Positions 59,045 through 64,000 of a stretch of 64,000 nucleotides of DNA are shown one piece after another. The stretch spans positions 7,691 through 71,690 of the forward strand of contig DATFAE010000022.1 of assembly GCA_035254945.1 (NCBI GenBank), read 5' to 3'. The position numbers were made by a program, and so were the translations under genes. The DNA comes from Arthrobacter sp. GTDB lineage: Bacteria > Actinomycetota > Actinomycetes > Actinomycetales > Micrococcaceae. Position 1 is the stretch's first letter. Every line of letters begins with the position of its first letter. The notes under the pieces were generated by a model, which worked only from the letters and a program-made list of their open reading frames with translations, made no database searches and had not been told where the DNA came from.

Positions 59045-62000
59045 ATGTCGTCTGGATCCAGTGTTGAGGATCAACCCCTTGCTATCGGAGACCGTGAAGG
59101 TTACTTGGGGGACTACTACCAGCACCTAGCCGAAGAGGACGCACGCAGCTATTCGCAGGATGTGCTCGCCTCCCGGGCCGAGACACACCGTGAGGTGGCC
59201 GCCGTCCGGCTCCCGGGCCAAGCCAGGATCTCCATCGTTACGGAGGCGGACAGCAGCGTTGTCTATGTCGTTACGGATGACATGCCGTTCCTCGTTGATT
59301 CAGTCAACGCAGAGCTCGTCCGCCAGAATTCGGCCATCCACCTGGTAATCCATCCTCTTTTTGTGGTCACCCGCCACCGCGAATCGGGACAGTTGGTCAA
59401 AGTCGACCGGGTCCCCTCCCAGTTTGGAATTTCCAGCGGTGACACCGCTGCCATGCCCAGCCTGTCGCACCTCATCGCCACGGGCGACAACGCCTCCCAC
59501 ATGGAGTCCTGGATCGCAGTGGAGATCGACCGCACCACCGAGGAGGCCCGGGCTGCGCTTCTTGCCGGCCTGGAACGCGTCCTTGGTGATGTCCGGGCCG
59601 CAGTCGAGGACTGGCCGAAGATGCGCAACAAGGCCCTGCAGATCGCGGAAAGCCTGGACAAAGTGGCCAATCCTGCCCAGATCGCAGAGCTGCGCCAAGC
59701 CCAGGACCTGCTCCGCTGGCTCGACGAGGGGAACTTCACCTTCCTGGGCTACCGCGAATATGACCTTATTAACGTGGATGGCGAAGACGTCCTTGAATTG
59801 CGGGAAGACAGCGGGCTCGGACTACTCAGGGCCGCAGCGGATTCCCACCACGTCCAGCACCTGACCGACGCCGGCCGGAAGAAGGCGCGCGAAAAACGCG
59901 CACTCGTGATCACCAAGGCCAACTCGAGGTCCACTGTCCACCGGCCTGCCTACCTTGACTACATCGGCGTGAAAAGCTTCGACGCAGCGGGCAACGTCAA
60001 CGGCGAGCGGCGCTTTATCGGTCTGTTTGCCACCAGCGCCTACGCCGGGTCTGTCCGGAACATCCCAATCGTCAGGGAAAAGGTGGACGCCGTGCTCAGG
60101 AATGCCGGGTTCCCGCCCGACTCGCATTCCGGCAAGGACCTGCTGGGAATCCTTGAAACCTATCCGCGCGACGAACTGTTCCAGATCGAGATCCCCGACC
60201 TCGCCGCCACCGCGATGGGAATCCAGCGGCTGCAGGAGCGACGCCGCACCCGGCTGTTCCTGCGGCCGGATATCTACGGCCGGTTCATGTCCGCCGTCGT
60301 GTATCTTCCGCGCGACAGGTACACCACCAACGTCAGGCTCCGCATCGAGGATGAGCTGCGGGAAACGTTCCAGGCCGTCTCCATCGATTACGAAGCGCGG
60401 ATGACCGAGTCCGCCCTGGCCCGGCTGTTCTTCCGCATCCGCCTCCCCAAAGGCGCCGACGTCAGCCATGTCGACGCTGACGAGCTGGAGAAGCGGCTGG
60501 TCCGCGCCGCGCGATCGTGGAGCGAAGGCATCTCAGAGGTGCTGCGGGGCAGGGATGACGATGAACATGCCAAGGAACTGGCCGCCATCTGGTCCGAGGC
60601 GTTCCCGGCGAGCTACCGCGTGGACTACGAAGTTGAAGAGGCCCTGGAAGACATCTCCCGTTTCGAAAAGTACGGTGCGGAAGCGGAACGCACCGCCGGG
60701 GCCCGGCAGGAGCGTCCGGGAGTCCATGTTTACCTGCCGGAAGGTGCCGGGGCCACCCTGGAGGAAGATGCCCGCGTCAAGCTCTACATGCTGGAACCGA
60801 AAAGCCTCAGCCAGATCCTGCCCTACTTCCACAACATGGGCATTGAAGTCCTCGACGAGCGGCCCTTCGAGATCGAAACGGCAGACCGGCGAGACTTCTT
60901 CCTGTACGACTTGGGACTCAAATACCCGGCGGGTGTGGATCCGATAGCGACCGGCCAACTGCTCGCCGACTCCTTCGGGGCCGCGGTTTCGGGTGCCATT
61001 GAGTCCGACAGTTTCGACCGGCTGGTGCTCCGCGAGGGCATGCACTGGCGCCAGATCACCGTTCTCCGGGCCTACGCGCGGTACATGCGCCAGATGGGTA
61101 ACACCAATTCGTTCGGGTTCATCGCCGACACCCTGCTTGCCAATCCTGAAGTCACCAAGGGACTGAGCGCGCTCTTCGCCGCACGGTTCGATCCCTCCCT
61201 TGATGAGGGCCAGCGCAGCGCCAGCCAGGATTCCGTCCGGGCAGCGTTGAGCGAAGCGATCGAACAGGTCGCAACCCTTGACGCCGACCGCGTCTTGCGC
61301 ACCTTCGTGAACCTGATCGAATCCACCCTGCGCACCAACTTCTACCAGTACAAGCCGCACCTGAGCTTCAAACTGGACCCCACCAACATCGACGGGCTGC
61401 CGTTCCCGCGGCCGAGGTTCGAGATCTGGGTGTATTCCCCGCGGGTGGAAGGCGTGCACCTGCGGTTTGGCAAGGTGGCACGCGGCGGACTTCGCTGGTC
61501 TGACCGCCGCGAAGACTTCCGCACCGAGATACTGGGGCTGGTGAAGGCCCAGACCGTCAAGAATGCGGTGATCGTCCCCACCGGTGCCAAGGGCGGCTTC
61601 TTCGCCAAGCAGCTCCCCGATCCGGCCGCAGACCGCGCGGCGTGGATGGCCGAGGGAATTGAAAGCTACAAGACGTTCATCCGGGGGTTGCTGGACCTGA
61701 CGGATAACCTGGTCACCAGCCCCGAGGGCGAAAACCTCGTGCCGCCGTCGGACGTGGTACGGCACGACGACGACGATTCCTACCTGGTGGTGGCCGCGGA
61801 CAAGGGAACCGCTACCTTCTCCGACATCGCCAATGGCCTGGCCGCCGAGTACGGCTTCTGGCTGGGAGATGCCTTCGCCTCAGGCGGTTCGGTGGGCTAC
61901 GACCACAAAGCCATGGGCATCACCGCCCGCGGGGCCTGGGAATCGGTCAAACGCCACTTCAGCGAACTGGACCTGGACACCCAGACCCAGCCGTTCACCG

Positions 62001-63898
62001 TGGTGGGCGTGGGGGACATGTCAGGGGACGTGTTCGGCAACGGAATGTTGCTGTCCCGCCACATCCGACTGCTCGCAGCCTTCGACCATCGCCATATCTT
62101 CCTGGACCCCAATCCCGACGAGGAATCGTCCTACGCCGAGCGCCAGCGGCTGTTCGAACTGCCCCGTTCCTCGTGGGATGACTACGACAAGTCGCTCATC
62201 AGCGAGGGTGGCGGCGTTTTCGCCCGCCAGGCCAAAACGGTCCCTGTTTCGGAGCAGGTCCGTGCAGCGCTGGGGCTTCCGGAGTCGACAACTCAGCTGA
62301 GCCCGCCTGAGCTTCTCCGGGCAATTCTGCTGGCGCCAGCCGACCTCCTCTACAACGGCGGGATCGGAACTTACGTCAAGGCAAGCACCGAGTCGAATGC
62401 CTCCGTCGGTGACAAGGCCAATGATGCCATCCGTGTGGACGGCCGTGATTTGCGTGTGAAGGTAGTCGGTGAAGGCGGCAACCTGGGGATGACCCAGCGC
62501 GGGCGCATTGAGGCAGCATTGCAGGGAGTCATTCTTAACACGGACGCCATCGACAACTCGGCGGGCGTGGACTGCTCGGACCACGAGGTCAACATCAAGA
62601 TCTTCGTGGACCGGATGGTGGCTGCAGGCAAGCTCTCCGCAGAAGAACGCGCCGGTTTCCTCGCTTCAATGACCGACGAGGTTGGCCGGCTGGTGCTCCA
62701 GGACAATGTTGACCAGAACATCCTGCTCCTCAATGACCGGATGCGTGTTGACGAGTGGAGCCCCAGCTATGAGCGGCTGATGGACTGGCTGGAGAAATCA
62801 GCTGACCTCAAGCGCGAACTTGAAGCTTTGCCCACCACGGAGACCCTGCGGGAAAGGCTGGGTCAGGGACAGGGCCTGACGTCCCCGGAACTCTCGGTGC
62901 TGGCAGCGTACGCCAAGATCGAGCTGGCCACAGCCCTGAGGGAAAGCGACCTCGCCGACGATCCATGGTTCCGCAGGACCTTGCGCGCCTACTTCCCGCA
63001 GCAGTTGCGCGAACGGTTTGATGCTGAGCTCGATACGCATCCGCTGCGGCGGGAAATCATCGCTACCGTTGTGGCGAACGACATGATCAACATGGGTGGC
63101 ATCACCTTCGCCTTCCGGACTATTGAAGAAACGTCCGCCACCGAAGCGGCGGTCGCCAAGGCGTTCGTCGCGCTCCGTGAGATTTACGAACTCGACGTCA
63201 TGGTGGACGAACTCAACAGCCTTCCGGCGTCGTTCCCCACAGAGCACTGGAGCACTGTCCACCTGGACGTCCGGCGGCTGCTTGACCGTGCCGTACGCTG
63301 GCTGGTCGGGCAAGGCGGAGCCGGCCGGCCCATCGCCGACGTCGTCGCCGAATTCAAACCGGTCATGGATCCAATGCGTGCCCACCTTCTTGACTACCTC
63401 AGGGGCGACGACCGTGAGCGCGTCTCCGCCTGGCTCGAGGAGGCTCGGGAGTGGAAGCTGCCGGAAGGCCTTGCACTGCGGTGGGCTGAACTCTTTGAAA
63501 GCTTTGTACTGTTGGACGTTGCCAAGATCGCCAAGGTTCGCAAGGATCCGGTGGGCGAGATTGCGTCGGTTTACTACACCGTATTTAACCGGTTCCACGC
63601 TGATTCCCTGCTCGAACGGATCAGCAGCCTGCCGAGGCAGGACAGGTGGCAGGCCCTGGCACGGGCGGCCTTGCGGGACGATCTGTACTCGACGGTCTCG
63701 GATATGACGACGGCGGTCCTCGAATCCACCGATTCCGGCGTGCCGCCGGAGGAACGGCTGAAGCAATGGGAAGGCCAGAACGCCGAACAGCTGGGCCGGG
63801 CCAAGAGCATGTTTGACGAGGTCAATTCCCTCGAAGCGGACGATATGGCGTCACTGTCGGTAGCATTGAGGCTCTTGAGGTCAATCGTCCGACGCTAG
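59045..63898 (+). CDS. gdh: Large NAD-specific glutamate dehydrogenase
   Basis: VTDDMPFLVDSV, GVHLRFGKVARGGLRWSDRREDFRTE, KNAVIVPTGAKGGF, VVAADKGTATFSD, GVGDMSGDVFGNGM, NTDAIDNSAGVDCSDHEVNIKI. Confidence 0.96.
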   Translation: MSSGSSVEDQPLAIGDREGYLGDYYQHLAEEDARSYSQDVLASRAETHREVAAVRLPGQARISIVTEADSSVVYVVTDDMPFLVDSVNAELVRQNSAIHLVIHPLFVVTRHRESGQLVKVDRVPSQFGISSGDTAAMPSLSHLIATGDNASHMESWIAVEIDRTTEEARAALLAGLERVLGDVRAAVEDWPKMRNKALQIAESLDKVANPAQIAELRQAQDLLRWLDEGNFTFLGYREYDLINVDGEDVLELREDSGLGLLRAAADSHHVQHLTDAGRKKAREKRALVITKANSRSTVHRPAYLDYIGVKSFDAAGNVNGERRFIGLFATSAYAGSVRNIPIVREKVDAVLRNAGFPPDSHSGKDLLGILETYPRDELFQIEIPDLAATAMGIQRLQERRRTRLFLRPDIYGRFMSAVVYLPRDRYTTNVRLRIEDELRETFQAVSIDYEARMTESALARLFFRIRLPKGADVSHVDADELEKRLVRAARSWSEGISEVLRGRDDDEHAKELAAIWSEAFPASYRVDYEVEEALEDISRFEKYGAEAERTAGARQERPGVHVYLPEGAGATLEEDARVKLYMLEPKSLSQILPYFHNMGIEVLDERPFEIETADRRDFFLYDLGLKYPAGVDPIATGQLLADSFGAAVSGAIESDSFDRLVLREGMHWRQITVLRAYARYMRQMGNTNSFGFIADTLLANPEVTKGLSALFAARFDPSLDEGQRSASQDSVRAALSEAIEQVATLDADRVLRTFVNLIESTLRTNFYQYKPHLSFKLDPTNIDGLPFPRPRFEIWVYSPRVEGVHLRFGKVARGGLRWSDRREDFRTEILGLVKAQTVKNAVIVPTGAKGGFFAKQLPDPAADRAAWMAEGIESYKTFIRGLLDLTDNLVTSPEGENLVPPSDVVRHDDDDSYLVVAADKGTATFSDIANGLAAEYGFWLGDAFASGGSVGYDHKAMGITARGAWESVKRHFSELDLDTQTQPFTVVGVGDMSGDVFGNGMLLSRHIRLLAAFDHRHIFLDPNPDEESSYAERQRLFELPRSSWDDYDKSLISEGGGVFARQAKTVPVSEQVRAALGLPESTTQLSPPELLRAILLAPADLLYNGGIGTYVKASTESNASVGDKANDAIRVDGRDLRVKVVGEGGNLGMTQRGRIEAALQGVILNTDAIDNSAGVDCSDHEVNIKIFVDRMVAAGKLSAEERAGFLASMTDEVGRLVLQDNVDQNILLLNDRMRVDEWSPSYERLMDWLEKSADLKRELEALPTTETLRERLGQGQGLTSPELSVLAAYAKIELATALRESDLADDPWFRRTLRAYFPQQLRERFDAELDTHPLRREIIATVVANDMINMGGITFAFRTIEETSATEAAVAKAFVALREIYELDVMVDELNSLPASFPTEHWSTVHLDVRRLLDRAVRWLVGQGGAGRPIADVVAEFKPVMDPMRAHLLDYLRGDDRERVSAWLEEAREWKLPEGLALRWAELFESFVLLDVAKIAKVRKDPVGEIASVYYTVFNRFHADSLLERISSLPRQDRWQALARAALRDDLYSTVSDMTTAVLESTDSGVPPEERLKQWEGQNAEQLGRAKSMFDEVNSLEADDMASLSVALRLLRSIVRR

Positions 63899-63926
63899 GG
63901 AAACTGGCGTCGTAACTGGAGGTGCA

Positions 63927-64000
63927 GTGGCAATCTTTACGGACCCCATCAGGGAACACGCTGATTTTGGGCCGGGCGATGCCGAATGGCTGCACCTCCT
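63927..64000 (+). CDS. pdtaS: Probable sensor histidine kinase PdtaS (5' fragment, runs off window)
   Basis: RBS GGAGG then GTG-AIFTDPIREHADFGPGDAEWLHLL, resembling the N-terminus of actinobacterial PdtaS; only 24 codons visible. Confidence 0.55.
   Translation, partial: MAIFTDPIREHADFGPGDAEWLHL

Noticed and set aside
1-64000. CRISPR array, transposase, rRNA, defence island
   Set aside because: No repeat-spacer array, no cas, IS or rRNA sequence recognised anywhere in the window.

Overview
High-GC actinobacterial chromosome segment, most like Arthrobacter/Pseudarthrobacter (Micrococcaceae), judged from gene order and protein sequences. It is mostly core genome: nudC-uvrD2, a PDZ/Lon protease, UPF0182, two tandem tRNA-fMet, photolyase, TPM-pspA with divergent htrA, etfBA, sigK-rskA, trmL, iscS/mnmA, a family-5 ABC transporter, a MoxR/DUF58 operon, mtrAB-lpqB-comF-hpf-ycaQ-secA, NAD-glutamate dehydrogenase and the start of pdtaS. 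I found no CRISPR array, integrase, transposase or prophage. The best candidate for an undescribed system is a six-gene module at 54.6-59.0 kb: Rv3235-like, LysM membrane protein, a tandem Sm/Hfq-like-fold protein, a BldC/Xis-like wHTH, CpaB/SAF and a CpaE/MinD-like ATPase. Both of its divergent promoter regions carry the same TTTGATGC-type repeats phased at 10 bp, and one also has a perfect DnaA box. Other notable signals: a J-domain/degenerate-NERD fusion under a PafBC-type promoter, a MetE-like protein lacking its zinc ligands, a structured hpf leader, ClgR-, MprA-, SigK-, CRP- and LacI-like sites, a 26-bp perfect palindrome and many apparently leaderless genes. All assignments come from reading motifs by eye; no database searches were run.
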